Source: Octopus vulgaris (lineage: Eukaryota). Taken from it: a DNA stretch of 64,000 nucleotides. Positions 12,674 through 27,453 of the stretch are shown piece after piece. Below the pieces are notes generated by a model. The model was given only the letters and a program-made list of their open reading frames with translations. It had not been told where the DNA came from and did not search any database. Position 1 is the stretch's first letter. Every line of letters begins with the position of its first letter. The translations under genes were made by a program, and so were the position numbers. Where the stretch lies: positions 124,372,001-124,436,000 of the forward strand of contig OX597820.1 of the NCBI GenBank assembly GCA_951406725.2. Direction: 5' to 3'.

Positions 12674-13111
12674 TAAACTGTATTCAATACTTAAAGTCGT
12701 ACATGTAGGACAGAAACAGCTGGACTCTAATTCTTCATCAGTTAGCAAGTGAAATGTTAATACTCAGTTCCATGCTTTTACTTAATGATAAAACTGAAAA
12801 CTTTGCATATCGGTGTAGCACCCAGCAAGATTTGCAGAGAGTTAGGGTTCGCGCAAACAAAACGATATAGAGTGGACGTACGATAGTAAACAAATATTAT
12901 TTAAAACGATTGACGAAGACCGAATAAATACGGTCTTTCAGTCAAACAGACGAGATTGATGGTTAACGCCTGGAAGGAATCCTGAATAGATATAGAAAGA
13001 GAAATAGCAAGAGGGGAGATAGATGTCTGCCGGCAACTTAAGCGTCAGGTGTGTAAAGGCAGCGAGAAAGGGAAATTTAGTCACGTGTCGCGAATAGGCA
13101 GTAGATAGAGG

Positions 13112-13179
<68 letters not shown>

Positions 13180-13623
13180 CGTGTGTGTGTGTCTAATGTG
13201 AGCACTATAGTACTGTTATACCAAAGTTAGTAAAATAATATGTTACTAGCTTTCAAAATGAAGAAAATTATTACCCAAAGTTTCTTCACTTATGGAATAC
13301 TACCATATTCACTCTTGAACACGCACACACACACACACATACTCGCTCACACGCAATCATATACATAACTATAGACGTATATGGCATAAATATCGATACG
13401 TATGTACGTAGCGAAGCAGAACAAGAAAAAGAAAGAGTGGATGCTGAAGAAGGGCGTAGAAGTTTAGTGTAGCATTGAAACAATTTTCCTCTTCTTACGC
13501 TGAGATACGTGTTTGCTCCGGTAACTACTTTAGCTTATATTATGTGACATTTGGTATTAACAATACATAATGTTTATGAGTGATCTGTGACCAGACAGTA
13601 GGAAATAATAAAATATGAATTAT

Positions 13624-13791
13624 AGGCGCAGGAGTGGCTGTGTGGTAAGTAGCTTGCTAACCAACCACATGGTTCCGGGTTCAGTCCCACTACGTGGCAT
13701 CTTGGGCAAGTGTCTTCTGCTATAGCCCCGGGCCGACCAATGCCTTGTGAGTGGACTTGGTAGACGGAAACTGAAAGAAGCCTGTCGTATT

Positions 13792-13861
<70 letters not shown>

Positions 13862-14206
13862 CTAACAATATAAGATGAAGTCCCTTTCTCTAGAGAAAAG
13901 GAAGGATTCCATCAAAAAGCGTGGCAGTATATTAACTTAAATGTAGTTGTGTTTTTAGCTTCTGCTTTTTTCATGATCACATGTGAGTATTTTATTTATA
14001 TTCCCTCGTAAGCTCTACTGAAGAAGAATGTATCCTTTATAGGGATTAATTCCGAAATTGATTCAATATAGAGATAACGAAATTTGAATTTTCTAAAGGT
14101 TAGTTGCCCGCTTTCAGTTCAATTTTCCTGTAACAAGTGGATTATAAGTGGATAAATCAGTGTGTTGGCTTAAGAATAACCTTCTTTAGCCCTTAATTAT
14201 AAGATG

Positions 14207-14284
<78 letters not shown>

Positions 14285-14500
14285 GTGTGTGTGTTTGTCC
14301 CGCTAGCATTGCTTGACAACTGATGCTGGTGTGGTTACGTCCCCGTCACTTAGCGGTTCGGCAAAAGAGACCGATAGAATAAGTACTGGGCTTACAAAGA
14401 ATAAGTCTCGGGGTCGATTTGTTCGACTAAAGGCGGTGCTCCAGCATGGCCACAGTCAAATGACTGAAACAAGTAAAAGAGTAAAAGAGTAAAGAGTATA
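13624..14500 (+). mobile_element. tRNA-derived SINE family A (CORE-like motif ggca(t/c)cttgggcaagtgtctt), interrupted in its internal (TA)n by a ~345-bp HHR cassette
   Basis: ggcgcaggagtggctgtgtggtaag...ggttcagtccc head; 3' half resumes after 14290; (AAAAGAGT)n tail. Confidence 0.9.
14006..14080 (+). ncRNA. Type-I hammerhead ribozyme motif
   Basis: tcgt-aag-ctcta CTGAAGA [agaat..atcctt tat agggat..attcc] GAAA ttg att caa TA tagag-ata-acga; bulged stem I fully pairs; first stem II pair is an A.C mismatch. Confidence 0.75.
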
Positions 14501-15044
14501 TATATATATGATTGATTTTGATTTTGATTTTTCCAGTTTCAGCTCATGAGTTGTGGCCATGCTGGGGCACCGCCATTTATATATATTAGTATATGTAAAC
14601 TGAAATGGGAACAAACTATCGAATTATGTATGTACATACGTACGCGTATGTATACACCTAAACACATACATACTCATACTCTCACAAAGTAAACATCTAT
14701 ATAATTGTGTCATAGTCAGCTGTTCTAGTGAACGTCATGAATGGTGTAGTCTGGAAAACATTTTCTTAAATAGATGTAAGTAATGCAACACCGTTTGTCT
14801 ATCGGTGACAATAAGACACACAATAACGCACCCTTACTGGAAAATACATATGCAAACGATGGCTTTCTACGTTGTTTTCGTGTAAGAATTTCACACACAT
14901 ATTATATCACTCCATAGGTTACAAATGAATTTTGAGGATGATGCAACGTGGAGAACTCGAAGGAAAAGTTGCAATGTAAATACGCTTCGATACGAAGACA
15001 TTCAGTTCGATATTTATGCTTCACATATATGGACATATACATAT

Positions 15045-15342
15045 GTGGAGGTACATGGCCTAGTGGTTAGAGCAGCGGACTTGCGGTCGAAGGATCGCGG
15101 GTTCGAATCTCAGAACGGATGATGTATATATTTATGAGCGAAACTCCTTAGTTCCACGCGGCTCCGGCAGAAGGCAATGGAGAAACTTCTGTTGACTCTT
15201 TCGTCCCAACTTTCTCTCACTCTTTCCTCCTGCATCTTGCAGCTCACCTGCGATGGACCGGTGGGGAACCTATACGCCAAGAAACCGGGAAACTGACCTT
15301 TATGAGCCAGGCATTGCTCGAGAAGGAACAAACAGCAAAACA
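15045..15342 (+). mobile_element. SINE family C copy
   Basis: Colinear with 7047-7341, with A and B boxes. Confidence 0.9.
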
Positions 15343-15764
15343 ACACATACATATATAAGACTTGTATATAAATGAGATGACAAAGGAATCGAAGATTATC
15401 TCATGAACTTGATTAGCATAAACTGTTTTTGATATAAAATTATACTGGTCTCTCTTACCATAGACAATTTCATGCTGAAGGGCCTGCAGAAGCGATTCGT
15501 TTTTTGATGATCAAATGTTTCTGCTCCCACATTCTCACGATCATGTGTGCAACATTCTAATCACCACTTCTGGCGCCTTCACTCTCTCTCCCTCTCTCTC
15601 TCTCCCTCACGGACACACTCACGTACGCATCTATATTCGATTGGACGTGAATTGCGTAGAAGAACAATTTAACCTTAAATTGAAAATGTATACAATAGAC
15701 TTTTAGCTTGTTCGTAGTTATTATTTTTAAGAAGATAAGGTTAACTAGAAACCGAGGTTTTAAC

Positions 15765-16640
15765 TTGCAAGACATCAACGGTAAGCAAGTAGTTCGTCTA
15801 TAGTTGCTAGCTGCGTTACCCTTGCTCATATCCTTCATAATGTGTATTGTCCTCCTTCTAGTCATCCAATCTGGTATTATTCCTCCATTAAGACTATCCT
15901 GAAGCTGCTTTCTCAGCCTCCCATATAAACTATTAAATTTTTTTAGCCAGTACCCTTCAACAAAATATGGCCTTGGGCCCTTCCAATTCGGCATTTTTCG
16001 TTAGACTTTACTCATTAATGTAGTAGTTAATCGTAGATCCGGCTGCTTCTCACTCACTACTTCTTCCCTCATTTTTTGTAATAATAATCGCCATTATGAT
16101 TGACTGTTTTATCCCATATATTACTCGAGAATATTGTAGCTTCCTCTTCATCTTCAATACTTCGTTCTACACTATTTATTTGGTTATAAAATCTCCTCTG
16201 CTCTGTCTGAAATACTCTATTCTGTTGATACTGATCTATTCTTTTCTGCTATCTGGAGAGATTGCCTGCTGCTGCTATGATACTCTGTTCCAACACTTTT
16301 ATTACTGTCGTAAATCCGTTCTCTTTCACTAAATATCTTTTCTCAAGAGAAGATTTGCATCTTGTGTTTCCTAAGTTGTTCAATTTCCAGCCAGGATTCT
16401 ATTCTACGCAGATCTTGTCTTAAAGTATTCACTTCATTTTCTAGTCTCCTTTTCCACATTCGCTGTGTTTTAATCTTACCCTGTGAAATATCTAATCTTC
16501 CGGTGACTACTACCCTCCTACATAGATTAATAAATTAGTGTCTTCTATAATGTTATTATCTACCCTCCCGATAACAGAATCTACTTTCTTAGTTATTTCC
16601 TGTAGTTTCTTTCTGTTGAATTTATTCTTGCATGATTCTG
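15765..16640 (-). mobile_element. R4/Dong-like non-LTR retrotransposon RT N-terminal fragment
   Basis: MPNWKGP..YWLKKF...PDWMT..RT..I.KD.SKG...SNYR..TCLPLM. Confidence 0.8.
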
Positions 16641-16753
16641 AAGTGGGGTTGCATAGTAGTGTGTGCGTGTGTGTAACACCTAAATCAACTATTTTATAGT
16701 AATTATGATTACCTGTCCGTCCTTTTTGCTTGGCTTTGTTATGGGTTCCGTTA

Positions 16754-16813
<60 letters not shown>

Positions 16814-16897
16814 GTTGGTGTTGTTGTTGCTGTTGTTGTTGTTGTTGTTGTTGCTGTTGTTGTTGTTGTTATTGTTGTTATCATTACTTTAATTATC

Positions 16898-17290
16898 ATC
16901 TTCTTTCAATTCTGTTTCCATTTCTTGCCGAGTTTCTCCCTGATACCTAGAGCAGAGACCAGAACTGTATTTATATATTTGTAGGCCACTGAAATAGTCA
17001 CACAAGATTGTCCATTTACAAAGCCATGGGATACAAAAAGAAGGGGATGAAAGACAGACAAAAATAAAAAAATAAAACGAAACAAAGAAAATTAGAGGCA
17101 AAAAAATGAAAGAAAATTCACAGCGACAGAACTATTCTGAATATGTATGATATACCAGTTAATACAATCATTTGCGCTACTTACATGGATGGTAGTCCAG
17201 GAGATCATTCTCAAATACTTTCCAGTTACTTTATTGATCATATCAGGTGCCTCTACAATCACTGGTATTCTGACCGTCATGCGATGCAAG
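16898..17290 (-). mobile_element. R4/Dong-like 3' end (RLE tail and 3' UTR) abutting trinucleotide repeat
   Basis: IPVIVEAPDMINK motif; 3' UTR ...ctcggcaagaaatggaa matches the copy at 57640-57700. Confidence 0.75.
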
Positions 17291-17490
17291 CTTTGCACAA
17301 ACTACTGTCGTTATCTGTTCCCCGTTCTATTTTGGTTTTGTTTTTCGCTTGGGCATTGACATTCGGAGAGGGGCCTTCTTGTCCTGAGTTAACTTTTTGG
17401 CAGAGCACTGTCTCAGGTTGTATGTTTTTTTTGTTTTCGTATCTTGAGCGCCTCAAGCATATGGATAAAAAAATAATGGTTATTATTACT

Positions 17491-17543
<53 letters not shown>

Positions 17544-17636
17544 TGAGAGAGCAGTGAATGCAATGGAAGTGACACTGAGGTAAAATATACGAAGCCCAGT
17601 ATACACATTATGCATTAGGCCATAGGGTATAGGTAC

Positions 17637-17706
<70 letters not shown>

Positions 17707-17719
17707 TATTACTATTATT

Positions 17720-18215
17720 ATATGTTTGACTTTTGCTTAGTATTTCTACCATTCTTGAAGTACCACATTTTGCCTATTTCTATTTCAAGATATTTAAACT
17801 TGCTCAGTTTTTGGTAGTTTTTTATAGATGCATTTATGTCCATCGGGACAGTCATATCAATGAGGAAACAGGGTTTTTGTATGAAGTCTTTCCATATAAT
17901 CCGGCCTATTTGCCTCTATCTTTCTGTCAGTGTGAATGGGGATGGACCGGTTTCAGAAGAATGAGATGTGATCCTTTTCGAGCACTGGAGGTGGTTTACG
18001 TTCCCACCAGTTTTAATCATCGAGCACGTACAGTTTTTTTTGGCAAATTATACAGTGAATATATCGTGCTGCTCTATCATGCCTGTTGAGATTGAGATAT
18101 TCTGTAGGTACAACTAGACTTCACATGGAGACAACATGAACAGTAGTTTCAGTTTGTTGTTTACAAACACGACATGTTGGGCAGCTGCTGTTCTTTAATA
18201 TGCTGCCCTCGTAGT
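17720..18215 (-). mobile_element. R4/Dong-like zinc-knuckle/RLE fragment
   Basis: CRVCKQQTETTVHVVS; downstream RPD-like and LIDMTVP motifs; bounded by (TAA)n and (TATG)n. Confidence 0.7.
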
Positions 18216-19031
18216 TCCTGTATGTATGTATGTATGTATGTATGTATGTATGTATGTATGTATGTATGTATGTATGTATGTATGTATGTATGTATGTATG
18301 TATGTATGTATGCATACATGCTTCTACGTATGCATCTATATGTAACATGCATCAACATACCAGCGCAGAACATTCACAATACACACAACCACGTTCCACT
18401 AACCCCACACAAACAGAAATACGCTCCATGTAGGCACTTGTTTATCAGACATGTATAGAAATAAAAATATTTCCACTAATTACTGTATACAGTTTAAAGT
18501 GTCATTCGACCGTGGATAAGTGACTGAGCTATGTGTGAGATAGTATACAAGTCAAGCATAAGGCAAATAGGGTTTTTCTTTTTTATGTAATTAGAATCAC
18601 TGTCAACTTACTTGTTGGCGATTATTAGAATTGAGCAAGACCAAATGGTATCGTGTTGCGTGACGGGTGACTAAAATTCATTAGTACATAAATGGAACTC
18701 ATGTTCTCTATGACATTCTGAGGAAATTAATACAGGTCTCAGAATATAGCACGACGGGGCGTAGTATGTAAAATAAATACAAAAAAAAATAAATGTTGTG
18801 TCAGAATTTTGGCTGTCGTCATAGGAATATTATATGGACGAAAGAAGAAGTATCTGTGTTGAGATTGTAAATTTCATATTTAATTTGTTTTCGCGGTGAG
18901 ACATGCTATTGTATTTTCTGGCTCAAATCATACTTTCTTCTTTCTTTGAATGTTCATTTATTTCGAGTATATTGTGGTGGTTCTTTTGATATACGCGTTC
19001 CAAAGAATATGTAGGAGAATTATGAGATTTC

Positions 19032-19078
19032 AGATATAAATCTTACGAGCCATAGGCGAAATATATAACTGTGTATCT
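19032..19078 (+). ncRNA. Degenerate minimal HHR motif (probably inactive)
   Basis: agatata-aat CTTACGA gcc(ata)ggc GAAA tata TA act-g-tgtatct; core G mutated; adjacent to (TA)n. Confidence 0.45.
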
Positions 19079-19142
<64 letters not shown>

Positions 19143-20509
19143 GCGGGTGTAGGTATGTAGGTATGTATTTATGTATGCTTGTATGCATGTATGTATTTAT
19201 GTATGTACGTAAGAGTGGATGTATGTATATGAATATATGTGTATATATGTTCATATATATATATATATATTCATATACATGTACGTACTTACATACATGC
19301 TACATACCATACACTGATTCACACACACACACACATATATATTTATGTGCATATATACATATACATACCCGTACACACACACACGCGCAAGCGCATATAC
19401 ACACGGGCACTCAGATATACAAGCACATGCACACGCACACACACACAAGCTTTATCTCATACACTAACTGAAAACTATTCTATTGCTGTCCTGAATGATT
19501 GAACATTTAATGCTTGAATGCTTATAAATATACGTACCTGAAAATCAGATTCCCTCTTTGCCTTTGTTGCCTTTGATAAGAAACTGATCTGCTAAAATAA
19601 CAGAATGCATTTGCTGTAATATGATTAGCTCTTTATTATATTCTCATGAGGAATTTCCATTGGTTTCTAAAGTATAAAAACGGATTGAATTTACCTCTGC
19701 GATATATTTATTTTTGCGAGAATGTAGCCAACGAAAGGAACGTAATATCACATAAATCAGGGTAAAAAGATCTTAGCTAAATACGATCGAACAAAGAAAA
19801 AGCAAATTGGACATTGTTACAATGAAATAAACTAGCATATCTACAACTATTTCTTTTGTTATGAGGGCTGGAGATCAAACGATATACTCACTGCTGTATA
19901 CTGCTATGATTTTATAGCATATATGGTGCAGCTTTCCGAATTTCTCTTGATATCTGAAAACCCATGAGTAATTTATTCAAAGTAAAATAATTCGGATGTG
20001 ATATACAAGCCGATGAGCAGCTATACACCTGCGCACGCGTACCAAGATGCGCACACACAACTCATATACTCCTACACGGATATATATGTATGAACAAGGA
20101 GAGCAAACAAGAATGATTCAAATCATTTCTATCGTAAGAAAATAACAATAAAAATGGGGGTAAACTTTGGAAATTAATATATAGAATGGATAACTAGCGT
20201 TGTATGGGGAGATGAATATTTCTGATCTGTGGTAACATTAGAACGTTTCACCAAACCTATTCGGTGAGTCGTCTCACATGATTGCAGTCCTACTTTACTG
20301 TTCAAAAACGTAGATAATATCAGGTTAACCTAAGTTGTTGTATATTCGTCATTTTTTCTTTTTACGTACATATAAAAGAGTGTTACTGTCTCGAAGATTC
20401 TTTTGGTAGTTGAAAAGACATTAGCTTCCTTTCTAATTTAGTATGTGGCGAGGCACTTTGCTGACTCCTGACTATAATTATGTATATAATTATAAAATAT
20501 TTCATATAT

Positions 20510-20862
20510 TCTTTTATTCTTTTAATTGTTTCAGTCATTTGACTACGGCCATACTGGAGATCTGCCTTTAGTCGAACAAATCGACCTGGGGACTTATTCG
20601 TCGCTAACCTAGTACTTATTTTAGCGATTTGTTTTTCCAAACCACTAGGTTACGGGGACTTAAACCACCAACATCGGTTGTCAAGCGATAGTGGGAGGGG
20701 GGCAAACATAGACACACAAATACACACACCTATTTCTTTATACATATATCGAAAGGGCTTCTTTTAGTTTTCCCCTACCAAATCCACCCACAAGTTGCCA
20801 AGCAATAGGATTGAGCCTGGAACCGTGTGTTTGCAAATCAAGCGTCTTACCACGCAGCCACT
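20510..20862 (-). mobile_element. SINE family A copy (internally deleted)
   Basis: Reverse complement of gagtggctgcgtggtaag...ccagtatggccgtagtcaaatgactgaaac. Confidence 0.8.
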
Positions 20863-21399
20863 CTTGCAAGACATTTCACATTTATGATTTCATTAATCAT
20901 TTATTTACAGCATTCTTTTCTGGACTTATGCCCGTTTCAGCTGCATCGACTGCACAGTTAGATATTCATCTTGGTGTCTTGGTGTCTTTAACATGTTGAA
21001 TTAATAAAATGTTTTTTGTTTTAGGTGGCATAGGTGTAACTATAAATAATTGTTGAGGCATCGACGTAGTGTTCGCCTCCATTAAGTGTGGTAAGTGAAG
21101 CGAAATATAATCATGAAAACAGGTCAAGGCTGGATTAAATTTTCAGCTCATACTTTAGTACTATAAGAACTTTACTACTCAAGGAGAGAATTCTTAATTT
21201 TAGAGGCATTCAATTAATTTTGATTTATTATTTGCTTTACGGTTTCAAAATTTTTATTCTAATAATTAATAATTTTTATTACTATAGTAAGTGTAATACG
21301 TTTATTTGAATGTTTTAAAAGTATCTTTTCCTGCATGAAGACACTTTAAGCAATACCCCAGCGAATTGAATATATTTTGTTACTATCCTTCAGTGGCCA

Positions 21400-22860
21400 A
21401 ATTAATTTACTTTGATTCATATGCTGTAACCACATTTTTAACCTTACATTCGGAATTTAAGGAACATTACCTCTCCATTCCGCAATCACAGTCATTAGCC
21501 TTGTAAATCTATGATTATTTTTTGTATTTTGTTTTCATTTCTGGTAATCTCTAACTATCTTCGTCTATGTTCCAGGATGTTTCCGATATTTTCATTGTTG
21601 ACATTCTAGGTTTTGCACTTTCTAACATTCTTGCCTTCTCTTCTTAGTCTCACGTTTGAGTTACTTACAGTTGTATTCCTTTGATTAGTGATTCCCTTAT
21701 AGCTATTTTTCGTGTCTCTGTTTTTCCCAAATATATTTACATCGTTACTATTTACTGCTAATTCACTATTTATATTCAGGTTATTACTGGCAGTATTCTC
21801 ATGCAAATATCTTTACTTACTCGCGTTGTGTGCTATAATTTGCGCAAGGTTCCGGCTAATATTTACCACTTTTTGGAAAATATTTTTCAAAGCCTAGTAG
21901 AACAATTTAAGAATGCTGGAAAGAATTTTCTTTCCAAAGGAAATTATATACCACTCGATATTACTTGTTATATTTGACTAGAAAATTCTGCTATGTTTGT
22001 CTGCAGTTTTCGTTAAGTACATAGTATAAGTATTTAACCTATTTCCCAGGTTTTTATATTTGGTTCTCTTGTCATTAGAATTCTTATTTATTTGTGTATT
22101 TCTAGTGGACTGGTTTTCATAGCGGTTCCCTCCCCTATCCAAGTAAGCCTAATAATGTTTCGGGTATTATTTAAGTTACCGTTCTGGAAGGATTTTGACC
22201 GGCAGCAAGTGACTGAAAGTGAACTAACGCATATCAATAAAATAAAGAAACTGTGAACTATCAGTAGTTGACAGAGTAGTTCATAGTGCCACAGCTGACG
22301 GCGGTAATCGTCTGCATAGGTTAATGTGTTCATTTAGTATCGTAACTACGTTTGGAGTGGTACGGAGTGCGTTGTGTGGGAAAATTTTAATTCTGCGAAA
22401 TGCTATTCTAGATAACCATATCCAAATATTTGAGTAATACTATTCTTATACCTAACTTGTACAACTCATGTCATAAAAGTTACATGATAGTTTATGTGCG
22501 CCTAACCCTTTAAAACCACTCCTAACCTCATACTAGCTGGTTTTCTGTGGTTATTTTCCAATTGTTCGAACTTCCTATCCTTATCTTTCCTCTTAGACCT
22601 AAGCTGGCTATTATTTGTTCTTTTTCCGTTAACTAGTATATTGCGGTTATTGCTATGATTGTTGTTCTTAGTACATTCCTTTATTCCATCGGTGCTTTTG
22701 TTGTAGAATCTTAATTTTCTCCTATATCGTGTTTTTCTTAGAGGTATATTATAACAAATGTAGGACGGCAATCGTAAGTAACGACTCATCGAGTAGTTTT
22801 GGCGAAACCTTCTAATGTTACCAGAAATCAGAAAAATCCATCTCCCCATACATCGCTAGT
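21400..22860 (-). mobile_element. Highly decayed RLE-type non-LTR retrotransposon remnant
   Basis: Fragmented coding-like sequence with ALRTTPNV..LCRR zinc-knuckle-like segment; many stops. Confidence 0.35.
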
Positions 22861-22917
22861 TATTCATTCTATATATGTATTTCTAGAGTTTACCCATTAT
22901 GTCTCACTCTTTCTATC

Positions 22918-22959
<42 letters not shown>

Positions 22960-22969
22960 TATATACATG

Positions 22970-24228
22970 GAAAACTGTAGCTTGAATGGTGTTCTACAGT
23001 TAGTTATCAAGACTGTGAACAGTCTGCTCGAATTGTCCGTCAATTCTGTCTGCGAAATGATGAGGAGCCTACTAAACTCTTATACCATACCGAAGTGCAG
23101 AGTCTGTCAAAAGGAAACTGTGTTTTACGCTTTATTGAGATGTTTCATTTATATAATATCTTTTTCTTTGAAGGTACTCCACTATTTGCTTCATTGAGGG
23201 CCCCAAGGTGTGATATCTTTTTCTTTGTGATATATTCACAAAACTATATGATTTTAATTAGTTATTGCAAAGAAACAGAAAAATTCTTGTTGATTGTAAA
23301 TCATTTATCACTACTTTCATTTTGAAATTGGTGTTGTTTAAGACTAACATTCCAGAACGTCAGTTCCATCAATTTTCACAACTTGATTCTTTGAAAGATG
23401 AATTAATCGATGAGGATTTAACTACATATCGCAGCTATTTACAATCATTGCACGATAACATGGTGGAGCGATTTCATGATGTTATTGCACTGAATATTCC
23501 AATTTGGTATAACAATCCGTTTGAGGTCGAAGCAGACCATTGCGAGGATGATGTTCAGGGGGAATTGATAGAATTACAAAATGAAAATGACGCCACAGTA
23601 CGATATTGCCGTAATGGCAGAAAAGGTTTGTGGCACCATCAGAGTATACTTAATTCCAACCCCAATCCGTGGAAACATCTGAAATTACTGTTACGTGACT
23701 TCCCGATCACATTCCTTGTTGAATCTTGTTTTAACCATGTTGGAAATTTATTTTCCCATAAAAGAATTGGACTGGGTGTGATACAAGGAGGAAACTTGCT
23801 GCTAAAGTTTAAAGCCGAATGTATCTGCACTAGCTGGATTGCACCAGACACATGGTTCTCATTAAAAAAAGTTTTATTATTTTCCTTTATAATACAATCA
23901 TTAATTTGGGGAAAATGAAAATCAGTGTAAAAGAAAGCGCGTGTCTGCATAACATAGATTTAACATCAGACTTTTATTCACACTATTGGCCACACTAAAC
24001 CCACAATAAGGCATTTGTAAACAACAGCATATTTAGTCCAAACGGCACTAAGAGGGCAAGGAATCTACGATATACTGTGTGTGTGTCAAATGATGCAGGG
24101 GGCCCTGGGGGATTTCGTGTTGGTGGTGTTGTATCAGGTTTTTTTTTTACACAAGTGGGCGATGAATCATTTTTTGACCGATAGGTGTGTGATATTGCAA
24201 TTTGCTGCGAAAATTCTGGGGAACACTG
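22970..24228 (+). mobile_element. hAT (Charlie/Buster-like) transposon 3' half with terminal repeat
   Basis: LLYHTEVQSLSKGNCVLRF; ORF 23265-23918 with NPF..ELIELQ..FPITFLVESCF (hAT dimerisation domain); ends ...ggggaacactg. Confidence 0.85.
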
Positions 24229-24414
24229 GTCTAAAGGGATTATCTTTTATCATAAATGAACTGTTTCATTGCTGTAAATGCATTGCCATCACGCAATTTA
24301 CTCATTGCTGTTTTGAGCTTTCCCTTCGATGCAACTTGCATTGGTTTCAATTTTCGATATTTAGCCTTTCAGAAATGGTATCGAATGCATTAATGCAGTT
24401 ACCAGCTCTCTGTT

Positions 24415-25030
24415 TATGATCCAGATTCATTTGTGAGACGTGGCAGCAAGAACAGCACACATTTATTCTCTGCATGCGAGTTGACACGGAAAGATTGTGA
24501 GGGACCCATTGTCCCAATTGGCTGACTTTCTAGATGGCACACAGGTGTCGATGGATAGTTGAAAGATCAAATCCAAATTCCTCTGCTAGTTCCTCAACAG
24601 TTACGATGAGAATGTGTTTCACCGGGGTTTGCAAGACGTCCTCGTCAAGCTCTACAGATCTTCCAGGACGAAGCTCGTATTCTAGGCTGTAGTTTCAGGC
24701 TCGGAATTTCTGGAACTACTGTTGACACTGGCTTTCGCATATTGTACTGCATATGCTGCATTGGTATCCCTTGCACTTTCTGCTGCGTTGTTGCCTTTAC
24801 TGAATTCATACAGCAAAATATGCCGAATATGCACCTATTTCACATCCATTATAACATTGAAAATGTAACAGTTAAAATCAAACTGCACTCTTCAAACTTT
24901 GTACTAAGAATAAGGACACGGTGACGTTACTATATGCGTTTATAGCAAATTGATGGAGGTAGATTATCTCCAACCTAAATTTTAGTTCATGCAATTAAAA
25001 AAACATTATTTTCCATGTGATGACTCACTA
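24415..25030 (-). mobile_element. Mariner transposase pseudogene fragment
   Basis: TVEELAEEFGFDLSTIHRHL...LGQWVPHNL (WVPHEL motif). Confidence 0.8.
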
Positions 25031-26594
25031 TATATGACCACACATATGACAGGCTTCTTTCATTTTATGTCTCCAATACTCTAGTCGACCCGAGGCTATA
25101 GTGGAATATCCTCGCCCGAGTTAGGACTGACTCCGGCACCATATGGTGGACTTATCACAGGGACACTATTAAAAATGATATATAGAAATGTTACTTTTTG
25201 TAACAGTGTTCATTCTTTTTCATCAAGTTTCTGCTTCTATTCCACTGGAATTGTTGGTTACCACCACCGATTTCTTCGTCTTTCATTTCGATCGAAACTG
25301 TTATCCTCACCTAAACTTATATATAGTTTCCTTTCATACTCCATCACATAGTTTTAACTCATTTCTTACGTTTTACTATTTCTGAAGGCATACACATACT
25401 CATATTTCTCCTATGCACCTCACACATATACTCATACGTTTTTAGATCATACAAATACAAATTAACTAATATGCGTCTGCTTATTTTATGGAGCTGCTAG
25501 AAATCCCAAAACAGATATTGGGTTTTATAATCTTGCGCACTAATTGAAAGCATTTTGCTGCACGTTATAATTCCTATTGAATTTCAATACAGCAATACAG
25601 ACTTTCTTTCCAATACTGTAATGTATTTCCTTGCACCTCTAATTTAATAACTGAAGCATATTTATTTCAAACTGGGAAACATGATTCTTTGTTACGTTAA
25701 TTTATAAAGCTCTATTTATTTTTCAGTTTGTTTATTGTAGTCTTTATATAGATTAATTGCTTGAGATTTGCAACGCCTCACAGTCACAGTGTCTTCATAT
25801 TCTCACAGAGAACAAAAGAAAAAATCTAAAAACAAATATTACATCTCAAATTGTTCTACTAGTTAATGGAAGACTTAAAGGAGATATAAGATGATTCATT
25901 ACCTGGTGTGAATTACAGTGAAAAAAAAAAGTGGCAGAAAGTACAGTAAGCTGATAATGATAATGGTTTTTATGGTAATGGTGATAATGATGAATTATGA
26001 TAATAATGATGATGATGATAGTGATTGTTTTATCTGTATTGTACATAACCAGTCAAAGCTGTCCAAAGTACACTGCGTGATGAACAGGAGATATAAAATA
26101 TGTCTAGAGTGTGGAAAACAAGTTACATAAAAACGAAGAGAAGTTTAAGAGATGCTGTGCATTTAAAGCAGGGCCAAGTTAATGAAATTACAAGTAATCA
26201 CACATAATAAATTTAAAAATAATTATAACGCAACACATTTATTAAAGTAAGATATTTATTTAAGCAGAAAATAAAACTTGAAAGTCTCTAGTAGAAATGA
26301 GTTCGAACACTTGTCATCTCTATTTGTGTGCCTTTACACCTACATCATTATCCTGGAAACAAATGTGCCGCTAGTGCATTTTAACTCATTCCAAGTTGTA
26401 ATTAGTCAGAGGATATCACTATTTTTGTTTATTATGATATTCTTGAATTATTTCTATTCATCAACATCCTGTCTCTCTCCTATATTTCGACCCCAGTCGC
26501 TTTCCTTATCACAAATACACAACCCCCTGAATCAAACTCTGGTTGATTCAATTGTATCAAATTACGACTTACTTTTAAAAGGACAATGAATATT

Positions 26595-26808
26595 GGACTC
26601 AAATTTTAACACAACGCCTGAAATTTGGGGGAAGGGATAAATCGATTACATCGACCCCAGTGTTGAACAGGTACTTATTTTATCGATCATGAAAGCATGA
26701 AAGCTAAAGTCGACCTCGGTGGAATGTGGACTTAGAAGTTAAAGGCAAACGAAATGCCGCTGAACCATTTACCAGGCTTTATAACAATTCTGCCAAATCA
26801 CCGCATTA
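26595..26808 (-). mobile_element. SINE family B copy
   Basis: Reverse complement of ccgaggtcgactttagctttcat...ctggggtcgatgtaatcga. Confidence 0.75.
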
Positions 26809-27453
26809 ATGAGGATGTATATCATCATCCTAATCTTTATAATCACTATTTTTGTAATGCAACATAGCTTTTTGTGGTTCACTGTTTATTTTATCAAATA
26901 CTCCTTTTATGCCCATTTGTGCTCTCCATAACAATTTAGAAACTTTTTTCTTCCTTGTCATATTTTGACATATTTATCCTACTACTTGCTAATGTGGTTT
27001 GCTCCGGCTGTGGACTATTCTTCATTGTTTTTTCTTCTTTCATCAAAGGATCGGGCCAGGGAGTAAAGGCAATTCGGGTATTTGAAGGATTTTAAAGTTT
27101 AGACTAGAGTTGTACTAAAATGAATGACTTCGGATCCTGTCTGTGTTAATGATATGTTTTGTCTGATTCTAATATACCACTGTAGCAAATCTTCAGGTGG
27201 TTCTTGGCGCTACAAGGGCTTGTATCTTCTACTCTGCACCCTCAGATGTAGAAATGAGCTGCTATGTCACTGGTGCTAAGCTGTATCGGCCTTTCCCTTT
27301 CCCCTGGATAACATAGGTGGTGGCTCGTATGCATGGGATATTGCTGGTCTTCCATAAAGAACCTCACCCGGACTTATGCCTCGGAGAGCGACTTTCTAGG
27401 TGTAATCCCATGGTCATTCATCAGCAAAGGGGTTCTTTACTCTTTACTCATAT

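Noticed and set aside
12910-12946. ttgacga-agaccg...cggtct hairpin as an HHR; also CTGATGA on the minus strand near 12735
   Set aside because: No correctly placed GAAA, stem III or stem I.
23265-23918. 217-aa ORF as a domesticated ZBED/SCAND3-like host gene
   Set aside because: Upstream part is frameshifted and a terminal repeat follows, so it is a decayed hAT copy.
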